The position numbers and the translations under genes are program-made. A stretch of 63,763 nucleotides of DNA, the filler included, from Octopus bimaculoides (lineage: Eukaryota): the NCBI RefSeq assembly GCF_001194135.2. It is 6 parts of 5 records of this genome, joined end to end, with 100 filler letters (N's around TTAATTAATTAA, not from the genome) between each part and the next. Parts side by side here need not be neighbours in the genome. Positions count along the whole stretch, not along the records: positions 1 to 29,422 come from NC_068985.1; 5 more parts are not named here. One strand, written 5' to 3'. Below, piece after piece: positions 1 to 11,800 of the stretch; positions within the stretch are counted from its first letter, which is position 1, and each line of letters opens with the position of its first letter. Under the pieces are notes generated by a model that was not told the DNA's origin, ran no database searches, and was given only the letters and a program-made list of their open reading frames with translations.

Positions 1-1164
1 TATATATATATATATATTGATGGGGTCTCAGTATTTTATCAATTCATTGCTTCGGGAGGTTTTCTTTTTGCCAGCGAATAAAACACATTGGAAAATGTAT
101 ATATAAATAGGGTCAAATAGAAAAGATGTTCCACTGAAGAACCATGATCTGAGTTCACAGCCCAGAACCACACAAGTTCAGCATTGTTGCCTTGGATAAG
201 CCATTTTATATTTGTTCACTTGTTTCCGCTCACTGCGAAACGATAACCAGTTCGCACAGAAAGTAAACAAATGCGTAAAGCATGTTTGGCACTTGAGGCT
301 GCCACTGTGTGTGTGCGCGCGCGCGCGTACATGCGAGCATCCGTGCGTGTGTGCACGTTCTTACATACACATGCATATGCAGCATAGCCGAAATAGTTTA
401 GAAATTTGCTTTGGAGGTCCAGGGTCCGATTCCTACCGAGTAGCGCCATAGGCAAACGCCATTTTCTAAAGCTTCGGGTTGATTCGTGCCCCGTGTGGGA
501 AACTGGGCAGATAGAAACTGTATAGAAGCCTGTAGGGTAGATTACAACTGTAATTCTAAAGATACGGCCTTGTCAAACATTTTGTCACGCTGATTTTGCC
601 TTAGAATTAGTTTAATCGTACCTGTGCTTGTGGAATGTTAACTCAGAGGCAGGTATTTCAGTTAATCGAACAACCGAATCCTCAGCACCAAACAAGAAAG
701 ACCCACCTCACACACACACACACGCTCGGGCGCATGCGTGTATGTATGTGAACAAGCGTTGTTGAGTAGTTGTCTTCTGTGTGCAGGTCCGATTCTAGGA
801 TGAGCGTTTCCATTTCACTTCACTCATATTTACTATCACAAACAGCCTGGAATGAAATGAGCTCCTCCAGGCTAACCTTTCCTTGACACTAGGAAATAAG
901 AGCCTTTTGATGTTGACTCGCTGATTACTTAGAGATTTACTAAAGGAGTATGCTGTATTTAATGACTTAAATGACACACCGGCGTATTAAACGCACCCCA
1001 ATTCCTTGTAGCTCACATTCAGGAAGAAAAATATTTTGTCCATTAATGCGAAATAGTTAAGGCAATCTAAGACACCTCTGCTTATGGAAAAGCAGCATGC
1101 AGGGGTCTATTTGTACTTTATAATTCATCGCTGCCCTTCAGAGCTAAGATGACCTACATTAACG

Positions 1165-1401
1165 TTTCTTATTTCTTTATTGCCCACAAGGGGCTAAACA
1201 TAGAGGGGACAAACAAGGACAGACAAAGGGATTAAGTCGATTACATCGACCCCAGTGCGTAACTGGTACTTAATTTATCGACCCCGAAAGGATGAAAGGC
1301 GAAGTCGTCCTCGGCGGAATTTGAACTCAGAACATAACGGGAGATGAAATACCGCTAAGCACTTCGCCCAGCATGCTAACGTTTCTGCCAGCTCGCCGCC
1401 T
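1165..1401 (-). mobile_element. tRNA-derived SINE, family S1, full length
   Basis: GGCGGCGAGCTGGCAGAA head with B-box-like GAGTTCAAATTCC. 15-bp TSD agatgacctacatta at 1147-1161 and 1406-1420. Confidence 0.92.
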
Positions 1402-3274
1402 CATTAGATGACCTACATTAGAAATGAGACCCACAGGATATGCAGTAACTGCTGTAAGACATGAAAGAAAAACACCAAGACCATACAATTCTGAAAAGTA
1501 CCNNNNNNNNNNNNNNNNNNNNNNNNNNNNNNNNNNNNNNNNNNNNNNNNNNNNNNNNNNNNNNNNNNNNNNNNNNNNNNNNNNNNNNNNNNNNNNNNNN
1601 NNNNNNNNNNNNNNNNNNNNNNNNNNNNNNNNNNNNNNNNNNNNNNNNNNNNNNGAAAAACAAAAAAATGCTGCAATCCACTGTGCAATTTGCAAAGAAG
1701 AATTGAATACGTAGCTGGTATATTCTGGACCTTCACTGAGGAGCACCCTAATTGAAAGTATGCAGGACAAAATGACACCTTATGTATATTGCCCAACTGC
1801 ACGATCAAAGGTAAATATATATGTAGGACCCGGGGTACTTTTCTTGAGACCTTTTCTTAAGAATGTCTTAAATGCATCAAGAACTCATATCTGCTGTGGG
1901 CAAGGTCCTAACAACCGAATCCGGATCCCACTTGTGTACCAAGATGGTCTAGAAAGTCATCTGAACACTTGAGTGTTAAGTAGTCGGCGGTGTCGCTATT
2001 TTATTTATCCCAGCACCGCACCCGCTGAAGTAGTTACACTCTCAAATTGTAACGAATGAATCTCAAATTAAAACAATTTATATATGATTTAAATTATATG
2101 AACTTTGATTTAATCCAGATGAACTTTTATGCAAAACAAATGTCAATTTCAAATATATGAAATTCATATCAAAATAACTTATGTGAGATTTTAAACATTA
2201 CGTTTGATTTAAAACATGTTTTGTTTTAAATATGTCATGATATTTTCAGATTCTATAAAAATTTTCTACAAGAGATTTTGTATTATAGATTCTGAGGTAA
2301 TTTCAAGCGGGTTGAAAATGCTTTCTTAATTTGTTATTGTGATACGAGTTCGTTATTTCATGTCCAATTGATAACTAATGTTTAATTAAATATGACAAAA
2401 TCAGTTTATGCCTACAGAAACAAAGAAAGAAAGAAAGAAAGAAAGACTAATTCTTGTTGGTAAGATTGAACCACAAAGTATATGTAGCGTAGGTATATGT
2501 GTATACAAACTTCTCAACATGTCTTCATGTTTTTGTTAGCATTGGGTCGATTAAAAGAGGACGGGAGCAATAGTTAAGTGCAAGTATAACCAACGCGGGT
2601 ACTTGTATAAGGTTGCTCGAACTATTAGAAACAGCAGCCAAATCTTTACATTTTATCCTGGTAATTTCGGTACTAAAGTTCGCACCTTTCCGTTTATTTA
2701 TGAATAAATTTCATTCTTAAAATTTTTATTTTCATTTTATATTAACTTTTGTTTAAACAAAAGTTGCTTTGTTTTAAATTGCTTTTCATATATTTTAAAT
2801 TGATACTCGTTTTAAATATAGGTCTTATGCCTAAAATTAAAGCTCATATTTCAAAATAGTTTAGTTATTTTAATTTGAGTGAGAGTCATTTGTTTTAATT
2901 TGAAATCTAGTTATTTTAATTTGAGATTAAAATGGTGCAGTTTTGATAAGCTGTAACTTAAACTATTTTTCACTAAAAGTGTAAGTAATTAACTGGTTGT
3001 ATCGTACTAATTACACAGAAAATAATAACATCGGTTCATGAACTATTAAAAACCGAATCTACATACGATCCTAATTAAGTCGTTCCAGGAGATCGGTTTT
3101 CTGCGCTTTTATTTCAAGTTGCCAAAATATTAAGTCATGCATATTTGACATTACAGTTATTATATAAAAAAGAATATTTCATCTATTATTGAGGAAACAA
3201 CACTCTTTTTTTCTACATAGACCAGGTGGGTGGGTAGTTACACGTCAATGAAAATAAAACTTCTTTATTACAGA

Positions 3275-3825
3275 CTAGCCTAAGTACCCGGCGTTGCTAG
3301 GAAGTTTAAAAAATGTTAAAGGAAATGCCATTTATTCTGATCAAAACTAATATTTTCAGAAAAATTCTGTCAGATGACATGGGTATAAACAAAGTTACTA
3401 AAACAAATCTTGAAATCAATCAAAGTTTAATTTTGTAGAACTTCTAAATATACGATGTTTTCAGTGTTTCCTTTGAGACACAAATAAAAAAAGTTTTGGG
3501 ACTTCCACTTCGCGAACATCCTACATATAATTGCTAATGAGAGAAGCCAGGTTAAGTCTAACAACCTTGAGAGATTGTCCATGAGATTTGTTTATCGACA
3601 TAGCAAAATTTAGTTTCAGTGGGAACTGGAGCCGTTTAGATTCAAAGAGGAGGCCAGATGGGATTAAGGGATCGGTGGAATGAGGACATCCTCATCCTTA
3701 TATTTCCCAGTGATAACTTCTGCCTCTAGGACATGAGGTTGCATCGCTTTCACCACCAGTCTGGTGCCATTGCACAGACGTGGTGGATCCAGATTCTTGA
3801 GCAACATGATTTGGTCCCCTTTTTA

Positions 3826-3840
<15 letters not shown>
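3275..3840 (-). mobile_element. Internally deleted Helitron (PIF1-like helicase C-terminus plus termini)
   Basis: Minus translation GDQIMLLKNLDPPRLCNGTRLVV...FPLKLNFAMSINKSHGQSLKVV. 3' end GCAACGCCGGGTA...CTAG followed by T at 3275/3274. Candidate 5' A|TC end at about 3840. Confidence 0.85.
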
Positions 3841-3856
<16 letters not shown>

Positions 3857-3989
3857 TATAAGTACATATAGTCGTAATATAACTGACAGAAAACATGATG
3901 TACTTTAAATATCAGTAAGAGGAGTGGATTAACAGAAGCTTTGCAGCGTCCGGGAAATAATAATGCCTTGCAATATTTAGCTATGGTAA

Positions 3990-4100
3990 GGCGGCGAGCT
4001 GGCGGAATCGTTATTGCGCCGGATAAAAAAGCTTAGCGGCATTTCGTCCGTCTTCGTGTTCTAAGTTCAAATTCGGTCTAGGTGGACTTTGTCTTTCATC
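3990..4100 (+). mobile_element. SINE S1 5' fragment
   Basis: ggcggcgagctggcggaatcgtt...gttcaaattc...ctttcatc. Confidence 0.8.
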
Positions 4101-4290
4101 TCATGATTGTGAGCCCGACGCTCTAACCACTAAGCCATGAACCTACTGTATTAACAAGGCAACCAGTTAACTAGTCCGGCAATTGCGAGAATTTGAAGTT
4201 CCAGTTCGTAAATTCATTTGAAACCTATCTCCGAGCAGGAACTTCAAATTCCTGCTGTTGCTCCACTAGTTAACTGGTTACCTTGCATGC

Positions 4291-4581
4291 TGTTGTTGTT
4301 GTTGTTGTTGGCACTCCGTCACTTACGACGTCGAGGGTTCCAGTTGATCCGATCAACGGAACAGCCTGCTCGTGAAATTAACGTGCAAGTGGCTAAGCAC
4401 TCCACAGACACGTGAACCCTTAACGTAGTTCTCGGGGAGATTCAGCGTGGCACAGTGTGACAAGGCTGACCCTTTGAATTACAGGCACAACAGAAACAGG
4501 AAGTAAGAGTGAGAGAAAGTTGTGGTGGAAGAGTACAGCAGGGTTCGCCACCAAACCATGCCGGAGCCTCGTGGAGCTTTA
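4291..4581 (-). mobile_element. SINE S3 3' part with (CAA)n tail
   Basis: Reverse complement of 14050-14310 plus a (TTG)n tract at 4291-4310. Confidence 0.9.
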
Positions 4582-5094
4582 NNNNNNNNNNACAGTATCA
4601 ATAAACATATTTATACCAGTTGTTCTTAACCGCTTCTTTTCTTTTTTGTAGCGCCGTCCCCCACCCTTTTAAGTAGCTTTTATGCCCAGCACCCAACTAA
4701 GGTGCCACGACTAAACTAACCTAACATGGATGATAGTTTATAAATTTTACTCTAAAAATGGATTTGATAAGCTTTTAACATTGAGATGAAGAAAGACAAA
4801 AGTTGTAAATTTATTTTATACATTGCAAGTTAATCACTTCTCTACGCCTGATAAGATCTCATTTTATTTTAATAACCATTACTAATTTTATCATGTATAA
4901 TATAATTACTACTATAGGTAAAATTTAGTATATTAGCTATGTTACCTCACCACCACTTAAGCCTAACTCTTCATTGGTGACGGTACAGTCCACGTTGAGC
5001 GACTCTGATTTGTACTACTCTACAGGTACCTGTGTTTTTTTTTTTTTAATTAAGTAAATTTGATATGTATTTAAAATAGTTTGCAGTCAAAATC

Positions 5095-5250
5095 GTTACA
5101 ACACCGGGCAAAATGCTTAGCAGCATTTCATCCGTCTTCGTGTCCCTAGGTCGATTTTGCCTTTCATCCTTTCGGGATCGATGTAATCGTTTTATCCCCT
5201 CCCCCGAACTTGCGGGCCTTGTGCCAAAATTTGAAACCAATATTAATTTA
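5095..5250 (+). mobile_element. SINE S1 fragment (alternative 3' tail)
   Basis: aaatgcttagcagcatttc...ctttcatcctttcggg...gggccttgtgccaaaatttgaaaccaatatta. Confidence 0.75.
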
Positions 5251-8200
5251 ATTTACAGTTTGACCAAGTTGACCACTTCTGGTTCGGAAAAATCTGTGAT
5301 CTGGAAAGGTATCAGAACCAAATATTCCGGAAAATCAATGTTGTACTTGTATGTGCTTATGCTTCGAATGAAATATTATGCGACACGTTTCTTTAATAAT
5401 TAAGCATTATGGGGATATTCTATTTTTTACTTTCGTATAAACGGGAATATTACAGTTATTGGTGGGAAGATTCGAATCAAGTTTTATTTACAATAACAAA
5501 AATGTGCCGAGATGTATAAAGAATCCAGCTGACATTCCTAATTTTGCAATCTCTTATGTTTATTGTGGAACATGTTCTAAGATCTGTGATTTAAATAAAA
5601 CCTTGAGTTTTAGCTTTTAAGATGACAGCGTCAGTTTGTTAAAGAGGATTTGGTTGCTATTTTGAGCAGATCAAGATTCTTTGATGACTTGTTTGCTGAA
5701 CAGAAATAAAACAACATCAGTTTAATGGCATTAGTATCTAGGTATTATTCCACAGGTACACGTACCCTTAGCGTAATTCTCAGATGGAATCAGCAAGTAA
5801 CAATTTTGAGCCATTAAATTATGAGACAATAGCGGGATTGAGTGGATATTGAAAAGACAAATCGACTTTCCAAAGCGTAATCGAAGATCCATTATTAGCT
5901 TTCTATCTTATGAAATTGATAAAATAATTGCACTTTAACGACTTTCACATTTTATATTTAAATTTTATTTCGAAAAATATTTAATACTTTCTGGTAATAT
6001 TAACAACTATATCTTTATAAAGTTTAAATGAAAACTAAGAAAAAGCTCTTTTAGAATTCCTACGATGGATGTAATTGATGTGATTGCTTTTAGCATGATT
6101 ATTTATTTCACATAGGAAGCAATCAAAAATTTCGAAAGTTCTTTTAGAATCCGTAGAATGGGTGTGATTGATTTGGTTCCTATTAGCAAGATTATTTATT
6201 TGCTTGGAATTGCAGTGGAACCATGTAATCTGAATGCCATATAATAGAACAGATGAATATATTTGAGTATCTTTTGAATTTCCTAAATTACTGATGAATT
6301 GTGTTTAAAGGTATAGATTTTCAAAGTAAGCTACGATGTTGTTTTATACTACAGCAAGTAACGAAGGCTGCTGCATTAGTAATCAGCGGATCACGATATC
6401 GAGTTGCCCTTCGAGCAGAGATCTGATCCGAATGCTTGCAATAAACTGGATACTGCAAAAGATCTCCGACGGATCAGGTGGTGATGTTTAAAGGAGGTGA
6501 GGAGCTCGATTAGGTACACCATGCCAGAATAGGTACATGTAGATGACCTTACAGTTTCAGTCTATTCCGTTTTACTGATACAATTCGGGTTGACTTGAGG
6601 CAACACTCGAATACATTTGTTCAAGATACTTTGCGGCAGGACCGATCTCAGAATCACATGATTGCAAAGCGAAGTTCTTAACCACATAGCCATGCTAAAA
6701 GCAACCAAGTTAATAAACCCTTTGGAGGCTTTTTTTTTTTTAAAGAAGTTTCGAATTTTTGTTGCTTCTAAAGACAAAAATTGTTAAAATGTTGTTTCGA
6801 AGGTTGAATTTTTGCCTCGCATTTAACATTAAATAATAATTAGATGTAGAATGCGATAGCTGTCAAATGAGATTTTTTTTTTTTATAGAGCTCGTAAAAT
6901 AAAAGACCACGATTTGAAGAAATAACATGTTAAGATCAATAATACCAAGTTAATCACTCTTACCTCTTTCGGAAAATATTACAGTTAGTAAAACTAAAAT
7001 TCGGATATAATCGTGGACCAAAAATTTGGTCACCAAGACAAGTTTTACTGAGTTACCTGCTCTTCATTTCACTTATATTTAACAATGTGTAAAGGAATCC
7101 TTAAGATTTTCATCTGAAATTTTCGAAGTTTCATCAGGGAAATTAAAGGGGAATTATGCTCGTTCTTATCAACTCCAGTGTACGACATTAATTTTAATCT
7201 GAAATTCTAGGAATACTAAACTAGACAGGTAAAAACACCAGATTTCTTACATTAATGTGCTGACCAATTTAAAAAGAATTAGGTTCCTAGTTCTTGAAAT
7301 GTATTATTTTCTAGATTTAGTATTTTTTTGCTCTGTTTTAGCAGCGAACTCACCTCTTTGTAATCATGTAAATTTTATCTCCGCTTCTTTTTTTTTTCTC
7401 TCTCTCTTTTTTTTTTTTTTTTTCCTCTTTGCGAAGGATGTATTCATATATATTTGTTAGTATTTTGTTTTATTATACTTTTGAATGTTTCACTTTAAAA
7501 CGAACTCATTTTGGTCCATCATAAATATTTCAATCAAAAAGCCGTTGTCGTTGAATGTACTTTATGACGTTTCTTATTTTCTCGTTGTGCCGTTCATATT
7601 CTGCTTTTCGTCTCCAGCGTTTCACAAATATTTCGTACAAACCAAACGAAGTTCATACTCTTTTGCTTGAGTTGTTGGCGGTTTCTGTAAAAATACGAGT
7701 ATTAATAACCTGTTTTCTGGGCNNNNNNNNNNNNNNNNNNNNNNNNNNNNNNNNNNNNNNNNNNNNNNNNNNNNNNNNNNNNNNNNNNNNNNNNNNNNNN
7801 NNNNNNNNNNNNNNNNNNNNNNNNNNNNNNNNNNNNNNNNNNNNNNNNNNNNNNNNNNNNNNNNNNNNNNNNNNNNNNNNNNNNNNNNNNNNNNNNNNNN
7901 NNNNNNNNNNNNNNNNNNNNNNNNNNNNNNNNNNNNNNNNNNNNNNNNNNNNNNNNNNNNNNNNNNNNNNNNNNNNNNNNNNNNNNNNNNNNNNNNNNNN
8001 NNNNNNNNNNNNNNNNNNNNNNNNNNNNNNNNNNNNNNNNNNNNNNNNNNNNNNNNNNNNNNNNNNNNNNNNNNNNNNNNNNNNNNNNNNNNNNNNNNNN
8101 NNNNNNNNNNNNNNNNNNNNNNNNNNNNNNNNNNNNNNNNNNNNNNNNNNNNNNNNNNNNNNNNNNNNNNNNNNNNNNNNNNNNNNNNNNNNNNNNNNNN

Positions 8201-8975
8201 NNNNNNNNNNNNNNNNNNNNNNNNNNNNNNNNNNNNNNNNNNNNNNNNNNNNNNNNNNNNNNNNNNNNNNNNNNNNNNNNNNNNNNNNNNNNNNNNNNNN
8301 NNNNNNNNNNNNNNNNNNNNNNNNNNNNNNNNNNNNNNNNNNNNNNNNNNNNNNNNNNNNNNNNNNNNNNNNNNNNNNNNNNNNNNNNNNNNNNNNNNNN
8401 NNNNNNNNNNNNNNNNNNNNNNNNNNNNNNNNNNNNNNNNNNNNNNNNNNNNNNNNNNNNNNNNNNNNAATAACATAAGTTTAGTCACTGTTTCAGTACG
8501 TGTTTGTGTTCTTCATTGATCTTATGTGAAATCTTGTATTAGTTAAAAACCATCGTTGTTATTAAGCTAGTGTTCCGACTTTTACGTTCTGAGTTCAAAT
8601 TCCATTGAGGTCAGCGTTGCAGGGTCGATAGAATAAAGTACCAGTCGAGTAGTGGGATCCCCTAAAACATCCGACCTTAGGACAATATTAGAATTATTAA
8701 GCTAGTGTTTGGGACATAAATTAATATGAAATTTGAATCGCCATCACTTTTAACTTCTTAACATAGACATTTTTTTTTTTTCAGTTCGTATGCAAAAAGT
8801 ATTTTTTATAATTTATTTTGAATCTGTACATAAAGAAGAATAAACACACAAATTATTTGGATCAGTTACGATTTGTTACTGATAGAAAACGGGAATAGCA
8901 TCATGAAGTATTTCAGGTGAGACATAAGCGACAATACCTCAGAGTACAGTGAACGTATATCTTCGTTCAAATATA

Positions 8976-9102
8976 CAGGGTGTCCACAAAGTCTGGGTAC
9001 ATGGGGATTAGCACATACTTTAAAAGATTATTATTTCTTATATTTAATTGTTTATGTTACGATTTTATTTACTCCATGTACCCAGACTTTGTGGACACCC
9101 TG
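8976..9102. mobile_element. 127-bp Tc1/mariner-type MITE
   Basis: Perfect 29-bp TIR CAGGGTGTCCACAAAGTCTGGGTACATGG with a TA duplication on both sides. Confidence 0.93.
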
Positions 9103-9918
9103 TATAATTTACTAGATAACTCTGAACGAAAATATACGGGGTAATATGGTAAGAGATTACACAGGGAGCTTGTATCATAGAACCAGAAACTAAGACGGGT
9201 TGGTATCAAATGATGAAAGTTTAATTTGAAAAGTGAGAATTTTAGTTATAAAATGTTTTCGTTTAACACATTTCTGACTAGTTTTTGTTTATTTTTTTTT
9301 AATGCCACCGCAGTAAGATGAAACGAGGTCAGGAATTATTCGTATTGTACTTTATATCATTGTTTACATATCTTTATTAAATGTAAATCATTTTTGACAT
9401 TAATAGCAACGTGTACAAACTAAGCAATTGTTTAAGCCATTTCGCTTCATTTGTATAACCATTTCTACTGCCATTTATTCACTCATCCTGATTCCATTGT
9501 TCTTATTTAGCACCTAGTCAGCTTTGAACGCGCAGGTCTATTATTCAAGGCGTCCAAAATAAGACCATCCTGTCTCTTCATTTTTTTTTACATAGTATAT
9601 ATGGAATTATATTAACGATTATAGATGCCCTTTATTTAAAAAAGCAGGATATATGTAATATCGTGTGTTTAATATATGCATACATTTTTCGCCTGTTCAT
9701 CTGAAGTACATAGTATTTACCATAGGGAGTTCTTTTATGAAAGAAAAAAATCGGTAAAATTAGTTAAGCATTAAGCTAAACTCTGTGTGTGTGTGTATGA
9801 TTATGTATGTATAATTTAGTAACACTGACTCAGCTCTATGCAACTTAGATTCGTGGACTCGTAGAACGAATCCATCTCATCAGGCAAAGAGCTGAAATAA
9901 ACTTGTTAAATAATATTA

Positions 9919-10163
9919 TACGCAGGGGAACTGAGAATGTCTTAGCTTTAGGTAAAAGAAAATACAGGAAGATCAGTTGATTATTATTTTATTCAACATA
10001 TTCCCATCTCCGGTTCACACACTTATTGCAGCGGTCCTCCAGCCCTGTAAAAGAATTCGGAAGGTTGGCCCTCCAGCCTTGTAAAAGAATTCGGAAGGTT
10101 GGCCCTCCAGTCAGGCCTTTCGCGACACCCTTAAAGCCAAAGACTTTTCAGCACCCCCTCGTA
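9919..10163. mobile_element. Mariner-derived MITE
   Basis: Ends tacgcaggggaactgagaatgtcttagcttta / taaagccaaagacttttcagcaccccctcgta. Internal 34-bp tandem duplication. Confidence 0.7.
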
Positions 10164-10401
10164 TGTAACTTCTCCCAAATAAATATCTATGTATGAAAGT
10201 TTATAAATATACAGGAAAATACAAATTTATTTATGATTATAATTATTAGGACTGTTAAGCTCTTGTATGCAGCTGAAATATGTCTAGGTCTGTTTACTGT
10301 GGGAGTTCGTGTCTCACAGGTAGCTTAATGTTTCATTGTAAGAATAGTGAGTAGCTGTAAAGTCCATACAATAAGTAATATNNNNNNNNNNNNNNNNNNN
10401 N

Positions 10402-10605
10402 CAGGCACAAGAGAAACAGGAAGTAAGAGTGAGAGTAAGTTGTGGTGAAAGAGTACAGCAGGGTTCGCCACCATCCCCTGCCGGAGCATCGTAGAGCTTT
10501 AGGTGTTTTCGCTCAATAAACACTCACAACGCCCGGTCTGGGAATCGAAACCGCGAGCCTATGACCGCGAGTCCGCTGCCCTAACCACTGGGCCATTGTG
10601 CCTCC
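10402..10605 (-). mobile_element. SINE S3 5' part (3' end in gap)
   Basis: Reverse complement of 63530-63730. Confidence 0.9.
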
Positions 10606-11029
10606 ACATTAAGAGGGTAAAGCTGAAACAATACAGGTTAGCCATGGTAGGAAACGGTAGATACAATACAAATCTGCATCAGATTTGAATTTATTCGCAA
10701 ACAGGTCTCTGATCCACTCAACGCCATTTTAATTTCATAAGCGCTCAGTCATTAAGGAAATGGCTTGCTATTTTTTCGGTATGTGCTCTCTTCATTTTTC
10801 TTTATGCAATTTATGCATCTCCTCACCGCGCGCGCGCGCGTGTGTGTGTACACACACGCACGCACGCACGCGCGAGTGAGTGAATGATGAGGGGTTCATC
10901 CTATGTTCTCAGTCGTATGGATCGGAGTCAAACTGTTGTTAAATTATGTAAGAAATTCACTTCGCGACCATGAATTCCCGGTTTCGATTCCTCTGCGTGA
11001 CACATTAAGCAGATGTCATTTTAGTATAG

Positions 11030-11800
11030 CATCGAGTCGAAGTGATTCGATTTTACATGTTGAAAGGTGCTCTCTAAAACTATCTGCCAATCTCCGACCG
11101 GTTTGTCCAAAATACAAGCCACGAAGTCGGCATTTAATGCAGTAAATATTCTTAGTGATACAGCTAAAATGATCGGAGACATGGGAGGGAATTAGATCCA
11201 TTAATAAGATGATGATATTTTGGATGAAATGGTTGTTATTGCAGCGGGGTCAGGGAAAGGATTCAAGTTACGTGTGTACCAGAAAGTTGCGGAGATTACG
11301 GTCGCGACTGAAGGAAGCAAGCGGCTTATTCAAGGAAGATGTGGGAAGGAATAGTCAGATTAGAGAAGATTAGTAGTGTAGGAGGGTGTGTTAGGAAATT
11401 AAGGCGGTGGGCAACAGTGTGAAAGAGAAGTAGGGGAAAGCGGTTGGTGGCAGGGTGGATACGAAGTATGAAAGTGGAAGCGCTATCAACAAAAAGGGCG
11501 GCATCAACGGCTTGCTGGAGATAACCACGTTGTGAGAATTGGCGAATTGTTTGGTGCGACTGGATATTGAATTTGGGGTCATGGCTATTAGGTGTCGTAG
11601 ATAAAGAAATTTAGAATAGGAGACAGCAGACGATGAATGAATGAGGTCAATTGAAATTGAGTTAGGGGTAGGTATTGGTGAGTTTGTATAATACAATTGA
11701 ATACATTGGGATAGTTAAGAAAGACGGAGATGTTTTGAAGGTTAACCGTAATGGTGGTTTTGATTGTCGTGAAACATAGAAAAGAGTGCCAAGAACTAAT
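11030..11800 (-). mobile_element. Decayed Penelope-like element (RT C-terminus, linker, GIY-YIG endonuclease)
   Basis: Minus-strand motifs VSYSKFLYLRHL, PLASFSRDRNLRNFLVH and FSCITKNIYCIKC...LYFGQTGRRLADSFREHL, in the standard RT-then-EN order. Confidence 0.85.

Noticed and set aside
7555-8488. Long ORFs in the track spanning N gaps (also about 13.4, 35.6, 39.0, 50.3, 53.7, 54.7, 56.2 and 58.8 kb)
   Set aside because: Their length comes from X residues. There is no coding evidence.
10037-10110. Short repeat units that could be mistaken for a CRISPR array (also 49445-49620)
   Set aside because: Only two units, no unique spacers, no cas genes, and a eukaryotic context.
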